Shown here: piece by piece, positions 10,716 to 20,079 of the stretch
Position numbering within the stretch: the stretch's first letter is position 1
How the letters are laid out: every line of letters starts with the position of its first letter
NCBI GenBank assembly: GCA_963843845.1
Contig: CAWJMB010000002.1
Coordinates: 1,664,001-1,728,000, forward strand
Origin: an uncultured Gemmatimonadaceae bacterium
GTDB taxonomy: Bacteria > Gemmatimonadota > Gemmatimonadetes > Gemmatimonadales > Gemmatimonadaceae
Direction: 5' to 3'
Length of the DNA: 64,000 nt
Notes under the pieces: generated by a model
Database searches by the model: none
Told to the model about the DNA's origin: nothing
What the model saw: the letters and a program-made list of their open reading frames with translations, nothing else
Made by a program: the position numbers and the translations under genes

Positions 10716-10763
10716 GCCACGGCGCCCAGGCGCGAGCGGCCTTCACCTCTCATCTCGGGTCTC

Positions 10764-13007
10764 ATGAATCTGCGTCGTGCTCTGTGGAGCCGTCTCGCGA
10801 CGGTCTCGTGCGCCGTGGCACTCGTCGCTGGCTGCGGCGACGCGAACGAACCTTCGACCCCCAGCCAGATCACGTCGACATCTGGCACGGCAATCACGGC
10901 CCCCGCCGGGACCACCGTGAACGTCACGGTCCGCGTGGATGCATCGAACGGCCGCGCGCTACAGGGTCAGGTCGTCGCGTTCTCTGCCGCCACGGGGGGC
11001 GGGTCCGTCACGCCGGTGACCGCCACGACCGACGCGTCCGGCCAAGCGTCGACCGCCTGGCGCCTCGGCGCCGCGATCGGGCCGCAGACCCTCACAGTCA
11101 CGTCGGGATCGGTGGTGGCGAGCATCATCGCCACCTCGACTGTGGGAGCACCGGCGTCGGTGGCGTTCACCGCCGGCGCTGGTCAGACGGCGCAGGTAGG
11201 TACCGTCGTTGCGACATCGCCGGCGATCACCGTTCGCGACGCCGGCGGGAACGGCGTCCCCGGCATCCAGGTCACATTCAGTTCCACGCCGGGCGGCGTC
11301 GCCACGCCGTCGACCGTGACGACCGACGCGAACGGCGTGGCTCGCCTCACGAGCTACACACTCGGCCAACAGGCCGGGACGTACACGCTGCAGGCGACGG
11401 TCCTGGCCTCGACGATCTCGGGTAATCCGGCGACGATCACCGCGACTGCGACGGCTGGAGGGGCGTCGCGCGTCGACATCGTCGCGGGAAATAGCGTGTC
11501 GGCAACGGTCGGATCGACAGTCGCCGCGGCCAATCTGCCGTCGATCGCGGTGCGCGATCAGTTCGGGAATCCGGTCGCAGGGGTCTCGGTCACGTTCGCC
11601 GTCACAGGCGGAGGGGGCGCGATCACGGGTGGGACTCAGACCACGAACCCGCAGGGAATCGCGACGATCGGCGGGCTGACACTTGGACAGACGTCTGGCG
11701 CGAACACGATCACGGCGACGGCGCAGGGTGTCGGAACGACCACCTTCACGATCACCGGAACGGCCGCGGCGGCCGCGCAGACGATCATCGTCTCCGGCAA
11801 CAACCAGGCAGTCGGGGCCGGGCAGGCGCTTCAGGTGGGACCGAGTGTGCGCGTGGTGGACCGGTTCGGTAATCCGGTGAGCGGCGCCATCGTGCAATTC
11901 GTCGTCACGGGCGGCGGAGCGAACGTGGTCGGCAGCACGCAGACGACGAACGCCGCCGGCGTGGCGACGGTCGGTGCCGTCGTGCTCGGCGCGACCCCGG
12001 GAACGACGACCATCGCCGCGCGAGTCGCAGGGGTTCCCGATGTGACGTTCACTGTGACCGGGCTGTCAGGCCCGCCGGCGCGGCTCGTTCGGGTGAGCGG
12101 CGACTCACAGACTGTCGTCGCGTTCCGGAACTCGCCGCGGCCAGTCGTCGTCCAGGTGCTCGACGTGGCAGGATTCCCGGTCCGGAACGCGACAGTCACA
12201 TTCGCACTGTCGAACAGCGCGACTGGCGCGTTGACCGCCACGTCAGCTGTGACCGATTCCCTCGGTCGAGCGAGCACGACATTCACGGCGAACGGTTCCG
12301 CGGGTGTGAACACGATCACGGCGACTGCCGGCTCGCTGACGCCGGTACAGTTCGTCGTGACGACGACGACCAACGTCGTCGCGTCGGTGACTCCGATCAC
12401 GCCGATCAGACAGACGGCGACGACCTCCAGCCCGGTGCCGTTTCCGCCGGCTGTCCAGCTACGCGATGAGCTCGGCAACCCAGTCGCCGGGGTGACGGTC
12501 TACTTCGGGGTCTACACCGGCTCCGGAAGCGTGCAGAACGCCACCGCCGTGTCAGACGCGACCGGCATCGCGACCTCCGGCTCGTGGACGATCGGTGGGA
12601 CACCAGGCGAGAATCTCCTCGCGGCCCTCTCGGCGGTGCCAGGCAACGTTCCCGGGTCGACGATCACGTTCGTCGCGAATGGGATCACCGCCCCGACGAA
12701 CGCGACCCTCGCGCAGGTGGCCGGAGTCACGCCGGCGACGGCGCCGGCAGGGGGGACGGTCCCGGTCGCTGTGCGACTGCTCGACGTGACAGGTGCGCCC
12801 GTGCCCGGCCTCACGATTCAGTTCCAGGTCACCGTGGGTGGGGGAAACATCGGCGGACAGGTCACGGGATCGGCCGTGACCGACGCAAACGGCATCGCCA
12901 CGCTCTCGAACTTCACGCTCGGCTCCGCCGCCGGGACGGTGAACACGGTGTCCGCGTTCCTCGCCGGCACATCCTTGAGCGTACCGATTTCCATCACCAC
13001 GCAGTGA
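10764..13007 (+). CDS. Lipoprotein with about 7 tandem invasin/intimin-type Ig (Big_1-like) repeats
   Basis: Lipobox VAGC; repeated unit VRDxxGNPVxGxxVTF...TDAxGxA. Confidence 0.85.
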   Translation: MNLRRALWSRLATVSCAVALVAGCGDANEPSTPSQITSTSGTAITAPAGTTVNVTVRVDASNGRALQGQVVAFSAATGGGSVTPVTATTDASGQASTAWRLGAAIGPQTLTVTSGSVVASIIATSTVGAPASVAFTAGAGQTAQVGTVVATSPAITVRDAGGNGVPGIQVTFSSTPGGVATPSTVTTDANGVARLTSYTLGQQAGTYTLQATVLASTISGNPATITATATAGGASRVDIVAGNSVSATVGSTVAAANLPSIAVRDQFGNPVAGVSVTFAVTGGGGAITGGTQTTNPQGIATIGGLTLGQTSGANTITATAQGVGTTTFTITGTAAAAAQTIIVSGNNQAVGAGQALQVGPSVRVVDRFGNPVSGAIVQFVVTGGGANVVGSTQTTNAAGVATVGAVVLGATPGTTTIAARVAGVPDVTFTVTGLSGPPARLVRVSGDSQTVVAFRNSPRPVVVQVLDVAGFPVRNATVTFALSNSATGALTATSAVTDSLGRASTTFTANGSAGVNTITATAGSLTPVQFVVTTTTNVVASVTPITPIRQTATTSSPVPFPPAVQLRDELGNPVAGVTVYFGVYTGSGSVQNATAVSDATGIATSGSWTIGGTPGENLLAALSAVPGNVPGSTITFVANGITAPTNATLAQVAGVTPATAPAGGTVPVAVRLLDVTGAPVPGLTIQFQVTVGGGNIGGQVTGSAVTDANGIATLSNFTLGSAAGTVNTVSAFLAGTSLSVPISITTQ

Positions 13008-13040
13008 ACTAGCGACCTTTCGCTGCAGGGGCTTTCGAGG

Positions 13041-13081
13041 ACGTGGGGCTCCGAACGACATCGTTCGGAGCCCCACGTTTT
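13041..13081 (+). terminator. Rho-independent terminator (perfect 18-bp inverted repeat)
   Basis: ACGTGGGGCTCCGAACGA-CA-TCGTTCGGAGCCCCACGT-TTT. Confidence 0.8.
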
Positions 13082-13178
13082 CATGAGGGTGCTCTGATTG
13101 AGCCCGCCACCGCCATGCACTAACCTGAAGGATGCTAGACATTCGTTTCCGTATCAGCGGTCGGATCGCCCTCTCTGT

Positions 13179-14570
13179 ATGAGGGTCGCCCTCGTGACGC
13201 TCGGCTGCGACAAGAACACCGTCGACAGCGAGCGCTACCTCGCCGAGCTCGTCGCCCATGGCGCCGAGCCGACCGTCGATCTCGAGTCCGCCGAGGTGAT
13301 TCTCGTGAACACCTGTGGGTTCATCGACGCGGCGAAGCAGGAATCGATCGATGCGATCGTCGACGCCGGGAGGCTGAAGGTCGACGGCGCGTGCCTGGCG
13401 GTCGTCGCGGTGGGCTGCATGGTCGAGCGACACAAACAGGAGCTGGCCGACGCGCTTCCGGAAGTCGACCTCTTCCTGGGCGCGTCGGAAGTCGACCGTC
13501 TCATTCCCGAGCTCGCGTCGCGAGGCATCGTCGCCCCCGACCGGCTCGTCGCGCATCCCGGCGTGCGCCTCTTCCTGGGTGGGAAGCCGCACGTCCGCTA
13601 CCTCAAGGTCAGCGAAGGGTGCGACCATGGCTGCGCCTTCTGCGCGATCCCGCTGATGCGCGGACGGCATCGATCGTTCGCGCTCGACGAGATCATCCGC
13701 GAGGCGCAGCTGCTCGAGCTGCAGGGCGTGCGCGAAGTGAATCTCGTGGCGCAGGACCTCGCGCACTACGGGCGCGACCGGCGTGACGGCGTCGGGCTAC
13801 CACAGTTGCTCGAGGCGCTCGTGCGCGAGACCTCGATTCCGTGGATTCGGAATCTCTATCTGTACTCTGCCGGGATCACGCCCCAACTGCTCGAGGTGAT
13901 CGCCGCGAACCCGCGGATTCTGCGCTACCTCGACATGCCGATGCAGCACGCGTCCGATGCCGTGTTGGAGCGCATGCGGCGGCCGGAGCGCCAACGAACG
14001 ATCCGTGAGAAGGTGGCGCGGTTCCGGGAGGCGGTGCCCGATCTCGCGCTGCGAACGACGTGCATCGTCGGCTTCCCGGGGGAGACGGAGGACGACTTCC
14101 GGCGGCTGCTCGACTTCCTGGAAGAGATGCGGTTCGATCGGGTCGGGGCGTTCACCTACTCGCCGCAGGAAGGGACGCGGGCGTGTGAATTGGAGGACGA
14201 CGTCCCGGATCCGATCAAGCGCGATCGCCTCGAGCGGCTGATGGACGTGCAGCGTGGGATCACGGCGGAGCGCTACGACCAGTACGTCGGACGGTCGACG
14301 ACGGTGCTGATCGACGAGGTCGGTGCGGGATCGTCGCCGGCACAGGCGCGCGCTCCGTGGCAGGCCGACGACATCGACGGCATCACCTTCGTGCGAACCG
14401 ATGCACCAGCCGGCGCACTCGTCGACGTGCGCATCGACGACGTCGTCGACGAATACGATTTCGTCACGACGTGCGTCGGCGTCGCGTCGCTGCCCAACGG
14501 GGCGCCGCGACGCCGAACGCGGATGCTGCCGATGGCAGGAGCGAGCACCGTGGGAAGCTTCGGGCGCTGA
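13179..14570 (+). CDS. rimO: Ribosomal protein S12 methylthiotransferase
   Basis: LGCDKNTVDSE, NTCGFIDAAKQES, radical SAM motif EGCDHGCAFC, C-terminal TRAM-like domain. Confidence 0.93.
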   Translation: MRVALVTLGCDKNTVDSERYLAELVAHGAEPTVDLESAEVILVNTCGFIDAAKQESIDAIVDAGRLKVDGACLAVVAVGCMVERHKQELADALPEVDLFLGASEVDRLIPELASRGIVAPDRLVAHPGVRLFLGGKPHVRYLKVSEGCDHGCAFCAIPLMRGRHRSFALDEIIREAQLLELQGVREVNLVAQDLAHYGRDRRDGVGLPQLLEALVRETSIPWIRNLYLYSAGITPQLLEVIAANPRILRYLDMPMQHASDAVLERMRRPERQRTIREKVARFREAVPDLALRTTCIVGFPGETEDDFRRLLDFLEEMRFDRVGAFTYSPQEGTRACELEDDVPDPIKRDRLERLMDVQRGITAERYDQYVGRSTTVLIDEVGAGSSPAQARAPWQADDIDGITFVRTDAPAGALVDVRIDDVVDEYDFVTTCVGVASLPNGAPRRRTRMLPMAGASTVGSFGR

Positions 14571-14573
14571 AGC

Positions 14574-15974
14574 GTGATGGGGACGCGCGGCACTCGTGCG
14601 TCCACAGCACGACTCCTGGTCCTCGTCGTACTCGGCGCAGGGTCGGTCGCGTGCTGTGCGCGGCGCGACCCGGCCGTCAGCCCGGCCATCGGTGCCGCGG
14701 TCGACCGGCCTCGACGAGCGTCGCCTCCTCGCGACGCGGACGCGAGGTCCGCGGTGCGCCGAGTCGCGCGCGGCGGGGAGATCGAACAGTCCGTCGGGCG
14801 CGTCGCGCGCGTCGTATTGGGAACGGCGGTCGGGGAAGCGCGCATCGGCGCGACCGGTGAGTGGCGGCTCGTCGATGAGCTGGGGCGCGACGTCGCGGGG
14901 CGGATGCTCGCCGGGGGCACGGTGCGTATCGAAGGACGCGGCGGCACTCTACGCATCGTCGGCGCGTCCACCGAGACCGGATGGCTCGCCGGGCCGGTGA
15001 TCGCTCGGCCGTCGAGCGACGGGTCGTACGCGACGTACAACGCGCGGCGGTGGCGTGGCGAGGTGTGGATGCATGCGACCGGCGGCACCGTCACGATCGT
15101 CAACCGCGTGCCGGTCGAGTCGTACCTGCGCGGTGTCGTGCCGCTGGAGCTGGGTACGTCCGCTCCGAACGAACGGGCCGCCCTCGAGGCGCAGGCCGTC
15201 GCCGCGCGCAGCTACGTCTACAGTCGCCTGCCCGAATTCGAGCCGCGGGCTGCGGCGATGCGACGTGCGGCCCAACCCTTCGATCTCCGTGCGACGACGA
15301 GCGATCAGGTCTACGGCGGCGTCGACGTCGAACGCGCCGCTGCCGACCGCGCGATCGTCGCGACCTCCGGGCTCGTTCTTCGCTACGAGGGTGCCGTGGT
15401 GACGGCGCCGTACCACTCGGCCTGCGGTGGGAGTACCGCCGAGCCGGCGGAGCTGTGGAATTCGGAGCGAGAACCGTGGCTCTCGCGGGTGAGCGACCGG
15501 ATACCCGGCACGGATCGATACTACTGCGACATCGCGCCGCGCTTTCGGTGGACGCGTACGTGGGACGATGCGACGCTTCGTGGTGTGCTCACACGGTACC
15601 TGCGCGCGTCGAGCCGGGTGCAGACACCGGTGCGCCTGGTGCGCTCCCTCGCCGTCAACGGCCGTACGCCGAGCGGTCGCGCCGCATCGCTCGACATCGT
15701 GACGGGTGACGGGACCGCGACGTTACGCGGCAACGACATCCGTTTCGTTCTGCGAACGGCCGGCGGCGATATATTGCCGAGCACGAACTTTATCGTAGAC
15801 AGTGAGCGCGGCGGCGACGGACGCGTCGCACTCGTGACGATCCGCGGGAATGGCAACGGGCACGGCGTCGGGATGTGCCAGTGGGGTGCGGTCGGGCGCG
15901 CCCGCGCAGGACAGGACTTTCGAATGATTCTTCGCGCCTACTTTCCCCGTGCGTCGGTCGAGCCGGTCGAGTGA
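14574..15974 (+). CDS. SpoIID/LytB-domain lytic transglycosylase
   Basis: VESYLRGVVPLE, ALEAQAVAARSY, SDQVYGG, YHSACGG, GHGVGMCQWGA. Confidence 0.9.
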   Translation: MMGTRGTRASTARLLVLVVLGAGSVACCARRDPAVSPAIGAAVDRPRRASPPRDADARSAVRRVARGGEIEQSVGRVARVVLGTAVGEARIGATGEWRLVDELGRDVAGRMLAGGTVRIEGRGGTLRIVGASTETGWLAGPVIARPSSDGSYATYNARRWRGEVWMHATGGTVTIVNRVPVESYLRGVVPLELGTSAPNERAALEAQAVAARSYVYSRLPEFEPRAAAMRRAAQPFDLRATTSDQVYGGVDVERAAADRAIVATSGLVLRYEGAVVTAPYHSACGGSTAEPAELWNSEREPWLSRVSDRIPGTDRYYCDIAPRFRWTRTWDDATLRGVLTRYLRASSRVQTPVRLVRSLAVNGRTPSGRAASLDIVTGDGTATLRGNDIRFVLRTAGGDILPSTNFIVDSERGGDGRVALVTIRGNGNGHGVGMCQWGAVGRARAGQDFRMILRAYFPRASVEPVE

Positions 15975-15989
15975 GAACAGGGTGAGCGC

Positions 15990-16829
15990 ATGCGCGTGAG
16001 CTTGCGCGCGCCCGGGCGCGCGCGACGGTCCCTCGAGATGCTCGCCGTCGGGTTCGCGCTGCTCGGGCTGATCGTGCTGCCCGTGCGGGTCGCACACGCG
16101 CAGGCGCCACCGCGCCCGCGCCCGGATACGAATCCGTCGCCGCCCCCGCTCACGCCGTCCGACTCCGCACTCCGCGACAGCGTGATCACTTCCATCCTCG
16201 CCGAGGACTCGGCACGCGTGACGCGTGCACCGGCGTTCGCCATGTTCGGGCTCGACCGGTTGCGACTGCGCACGGTCGGAGCGTCGTACGGGATCGCGTG
16301 GCCGGGGCAGGCGACGCAGGCGAGGCTCTACTCAGTGCACGCGGACTACGGCCAGGTGTATCCGGACGTGCGATTGCTCGCGGTCTCGTCGTACTGGTCG
16401 ACGGGCTATCGCGACGGCGAGGTCGCACGGCTGGCGAACGAGGTGCAGCGCAGCGTGCCTAACGCGACCGAACCGGCGGCGCTCGGACGCATCCGCGTCG
16501 CCGACCTGTCGGCGGGGGCGGAGCTTCGATGGCAGCCGTCGCTCGCCCGCCGCGCGACTCGCGTTCTCCACGCGGTGTACCCGTGGGTGGGGGGCGGATT
16601 CGCGTTGCACTTCGTCAACGTCGAGGGGCGCCCGATCAGCGATACGTTCGTCGAGCGCGCGCTCGACGCGGCGACGATCGGCCTGAACACGTCGCTCGGC
16701 ATCGACATCCGTCCGGTGCCCAACTTCGCCATCACGACCGTGGCGCGATACGACTTCCTCAGCAGCGTGCGCTACGGCTCCGTGCGGGCGGGCGCGACAT
16801 TCGTCTTCGGACCGGCAGGCGGCTGGTGA
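15990..16829 (+). CDS. Exported protein, probable small outer-membrane beta-barrel
   Basis: Signal peptide (VAHA/Q); amphipathic strands (YPWVGGGFALHF, VRAGATFVF). Confidence 0.6.
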   Translation: MRVSLRAPGRARRSLEMLAVGFALLGLIVLPVRVAHAQAPPRPRPDTNPSPPPLTPSDSALRDSVITSILAEDSARVTRAPAFAMFGLDRLRLRTVGASYGIAWPGQATQARLYSVHADYGQVYPDVRLLAVSSYWSTGYRDGEVARLANEVQRSVPNATEPAALGRIRVADLSAGAELRWQPSLARRATRVLHAVYPWVGGGFALHFVNVEGRPISDTFVERALDAATIGLNTSLGIDIRPVPNFAITTVARYDFLSSVRYGSVRAGATFVFGPAGGW

Positions 16830-18106
16830 CCAGGTCGGCGCCGAACGTCCTGCGGGCATGGCTGTTCGTCCTGCTCGGCATGGTCGCGTGGGGTCGTCTG
16901 CGAGCGCAGTCGACGACCCCCGCAGTCGCCGCGCCCGGCAGCGACCTGTCGGTACGGTTGCTCACCATCGGCCAGGGCGACGAGGTCTGGGAGCGGTTCG
17001 GACACAATGCGCTCTGGATCCGCGATACGACCAGCGGACTCGACGTCGCCTTCAATTGGGGCACGTTCGACTTCAACGCGCCGAACTTCCTCGGGCGGTT
17101 CCTGGCGGGAACCAACGACTACATCCTCGTCGGCAACGACGCGAGCGCGAACATCCAGAAGTACATCGCCGAGAATCGGTCCATCTGGGTGCAGGAGCTG
17201 AATCTCACCCCCGCGCAACGACTCGCGCTGTTGCAGTTCGTCGAATGGAACGTGCGCCCGGAGAATCGCGCCTACCGCTACGACTACTACCGCGACAACT
17301 GCTCGACGCGCGTGCGGGATGCGCTCGACCGCGTGCTCGGCGGCGCGCTCGGCCGAGCGATGAGAGAGAAGCGCACGGGGACGTCGTATCGCTCGCACAC
17401 GCGGCGACTCACCGACGGCGACCCCCTGGTCTACACGGGCATCCAGCTCGCGCTGGGCCGGCCGGCGGACCGCGAGCTCGACGCGTGGGACGAGTCGTTC
17501 CTGCCGGTGCGGTTGATGGAGCACGTGCGCGCCGTCCGCGTCGACGGTCCCGACGGTCCCACGGCGCTCGTCGCATCGGAGCGCCAGCTCTTCGCCGCGC
17601 GGCGACCGGCCGAACTCGCCAGCACGCCGAACCACGTGCTCGCGTATCTGACCGGTGGCCTCACGCTCGGCGCGATCTTGTGGGTGCTCGCGAACGCGGC
17701 GCGCCGCGGTCAGCGCGGCGCGGCAGCGCTCTTCGGCGTGCTCGCTGGGCTATGGACGCTCCTGGCCGGACTCGCCGGTGTGGCGCTGCTCCTCGCCGGC
17801 ACGGTCACCCGGCACGTCTTCATGGGCCGCAACCTGAACCTCGCGGCGTTCAGTCCACTGGCGCTGCTGTTGCTCGGCACGCTCGTCGTCGCGCTCGGTG
17901 CGCGGCAGGTGGCGACGCGCGCGAGGTGGACGGCACGCGCGTCGAACGTCGCCGCCCTGCTGCTCGCGCTCTCGACGATCGGATGGGTCGTGGCGCTGAC
18001 CGTCGGGCAGCGAAGCGGCGAGCTGTTCGCGCTCGCGCTTCCGGTGCACCTCGCGCTGTGGACCGGGTTGCGCACCCTGAGCCGCCCGGTCGACGCCCGC
18101 GCGTGA
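16826..18106 (+). CDS. DUF4105 (Lnb-like lipoprotein N-acyltransferase) membrane protein
   Basis: GTG overlaps the upstream TGA; FGHNALWIRD, FNWGTFDF, YRYDYYRDNCSTRVRD; about 5 C-terminal TM helices. Confidence 0.8.
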   Translation: MTRSAPNVLRAWLFVLLGMVAWGRLRAQSTTPAVAAPGSDLSVRLLTIGQGDEVWERFGHNALWIRDTTSGLDVAFNWGTFDFNAPNFLGRFLAGTNDYILVGNDASANIQKYIAENRSIWVQELNLTPAQRLALLQFVEWNVRPENRAYRYDYYRDNCSTRVRDALDRVLGGALGRAMREKRTGTSYRSHTRRLTDGDPLVYTGIQLALGRPADRELDAWDESFLPVRLMEHVRAVRVDGPDGPTALVASERQLFAARRPAELASTPNHVLAYLTGGLTLGAILWVLANAARRGQRGAAALFGVLAGLWTLLAGLAGVALLLAGTVTRHVFMGRNLNLAAFSPLALLLLGTLVVALGARQVATRARWTARASNVAALLLALSTIGWVVALTVGQRSGELFALALPVHLALWTGLRTLSRPVDARA

Positions 18107-20079
18107 GCGACGAGGAGGGTGTGAGCGGAACGCGCTGGGACGTCGGCGTCGATGTCGGTGGGACGTTCACGGACCTCGCGGCGATCGGTGCCGACGGGCG
18201 CGTCCGCACGGCGAAGGTACTGTCGGTGCCCGCCGACCAGAGCTCGGGTGTCGTCGACGCACTCGCCGCCTTCGGCGCCGACGCCTCGACCGTCCGGCGG
18301 ATCGTGCACGGCACCACGGTCGTGACGAACCTCCTCCTCGAGCGAACCGGCGCGCGCGTGGTGCTGTGCGCCACAGACGGACACGTCGACGTTCTGCACC
18401 TTCGCCGGCAGAACCGCGCGCAGCTCTACGACCTCACGGCGCACCACCCCGAGCCGCTCGCGGACGAGACCATCGCCGTCCCGGAGCGTGTCGAGCCCCA
18501 GGGCGTGGTACGCGTGCTCACCGACGCCGCTGCCGACGGCGTGGCCGAGCGTGTCGCCGCGCGCGAGCCCGAGTCGGTCGCCATCGCCTTGCTGCACGCA
18601 TATCGCGACGATGGGCACGAGCGGCTCCTCGAGGCCGCGCTCCGACGTCGGCTGCCGAACGCCGTCATCGTGCGATCGTCCGCGGTGCTCGGCGAGATTC
18701 GCGAATACGAGCGGACGGCGACGACGGTCGCGGAAGCGTACGCCCGTCCGCGCGTCGCGACGTACCTCGCGAATCTGTCGCAGCGCCTCGCGGCTGGCGG
18801 GTTTCCGTCGCCCACGGTGATGACGTCGAGCGGCGGCGTGCGCGACGCTGACGACGCAGCCCGGAACGCCGCGTCGCTCGCGCTCTCCGGACCGGCCGGT
18901 GGGATCGCGGGGGCGAGCGCATTCCTCCGAGCGTTAGGCACGGAGCGCTTCCCGCTCGCGCTGACGATCGACATCGGCGGAACGAGCGCCGACGTGGGTC
19001 TCATCGTCGACGGCGAGCCCCTCGTCGAGGGAGGCGGCGACGTCGCGGGGGCGGTCATCGCGCTGCCGCGCGTACTCGTCGAGACGGTCTCCGCGGGGGG
19101 CGGCAGCCTCGGGTGGGTCGACGACGCCGGTGCGTTGCGCGTGGGTCCACGAAGCGCTGGTGCGGTGCCGGGACCTGCCGCGTTCGGGCGGGGTGGCACC
19201 GAGCCGACCGTGACCGACGCCCACGTCGTGCTCGGTCACATCGCGCAGCGCGGCTTCGAAGGCGGCGTTCGCATCGACACCGCGGCCGCCGAACGCGCCG
19301 TCGCGTCGCTCGCCACCCGGCTGGGGCGCTCGGGCGTGGAGGGCATCCATCGCGTGGCGAGGGCGATGCTCGCCGGGGCCGACGCAGCGATGGCGCGCGC
19401 ACTGCGGCGCGTGAGCGTCGAGCGCGGCGTCGATCCGCGACAGTGCGTGCTCGTCGCATTCGGCGGCGGCGGACCGTTGCACGCCTGTGCGCTGGCCGAC
19501 CAGCTGGGCGTCTCGCGAGTGCTGGTGCCGCCGCACGCGGGTGTGTTGAGCGCCGTGGGACTCGCGCTCGCTCCGCCGCGGCGAGAGGTCGTCGGGAGCG
19601 TGATGCGGCGCGTGTCGGACCTCCGTCCGGGGGACGTGACGACGATCGTTCGGCAGATCGCGTCGGGCATCGCGAGCGACGGCGCCGAGGCACGCAGCTG
19701 GGCACGCATGCGATACGTGGGACAGGGGCACGAGCTCGAGGTGCCGCTTCACGGCAACGATGACGGCGCCGCGCTCGGTGACCGGTTCGCGGCGCTCCAT
19801 GGCGCGCGCGTCGGGTTCACCCTGTCGAGCGACGTGGAAGTGGTGAGCGTGCGGCACACCTCGTCACAGAGTGGACCGAGTGTGGCGTTCGGCCGAGCGC
19901 GGCGCAGCGGGGCAGTGCCTGACGGAGGCGACCGCGTGCTCGTCGATGACGGCGCGACGCTCGACGCGCGCGTCGTCGGTCCGGCGACCGTCGTGCTCGC
20001 CGACGCGACGCTGAGGATCGACGGAGGATGGACCGGGCGATCGTTGCCCGAGGGCGGCTGGCTCGTGGATCGCGCATGA
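18103..20079 (+). CDS. Hydantoinase/oxoprolinase subunit A (ATP-binding)
   Basis: GVDVGGTFTD, HGTTVVTN, REYERTATT, SGPAGG, DIGGTSADV, AFGGGGPLHA. Confidence 0.93.
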   Translation: MSDEEGVSGTRWDVGVDVGGTFTDLAAIGADGRVRTAKVLSVPADQSSGVVDALAAFGADASTVRRIVHGTTVVTNLLLERTGARVVLCATDGHVDVLHLRRQNRAQLYDLTAHHPEPLADETIAVPERVEPQGVVRVLTDAAADGVAERVAAREPESVAIALLHAYRDDGHERLLEAALRRRLPNAVIVRSSAVLGEIREYERTATTVAEAYARPRVATYLANLSQRLAAGGFPSPTVMTSSGGVRDADDAARNAASLALSGPAGGIAGASAFLRALGTERFPLALTIDIGGTSADVGLIVDGEPLVEGGGDVAGAVIALPRVLVETVSAGGGSLGWVDDAGALRVGPRSAGAVPGPAAFGRGGTEPTVTDAHVVLGHIAQRGFEGGVRIDTAAAERAVASLATRLGRSGVEGIHRVARAMLAGADAAMARALRRVSVERGVDPRQCVLVAFGGGGPLHACALADQLGVSRVLVPPHAGVLSAVGLALAPPRREVVGSVMRRVSDLRPGDVTTIVRQIASGIASDGAEARSWARMRYVGQGHELEVPLHGNDDGAALGDRFAALHGARVGFTLSSDVEVVSVRHTSSQSGPSVAFGRARRSGAVPDGGDRVLVDDGATLDARVVGPATVVLADATLRIDGGWTGRSLPEGGWLVDRA

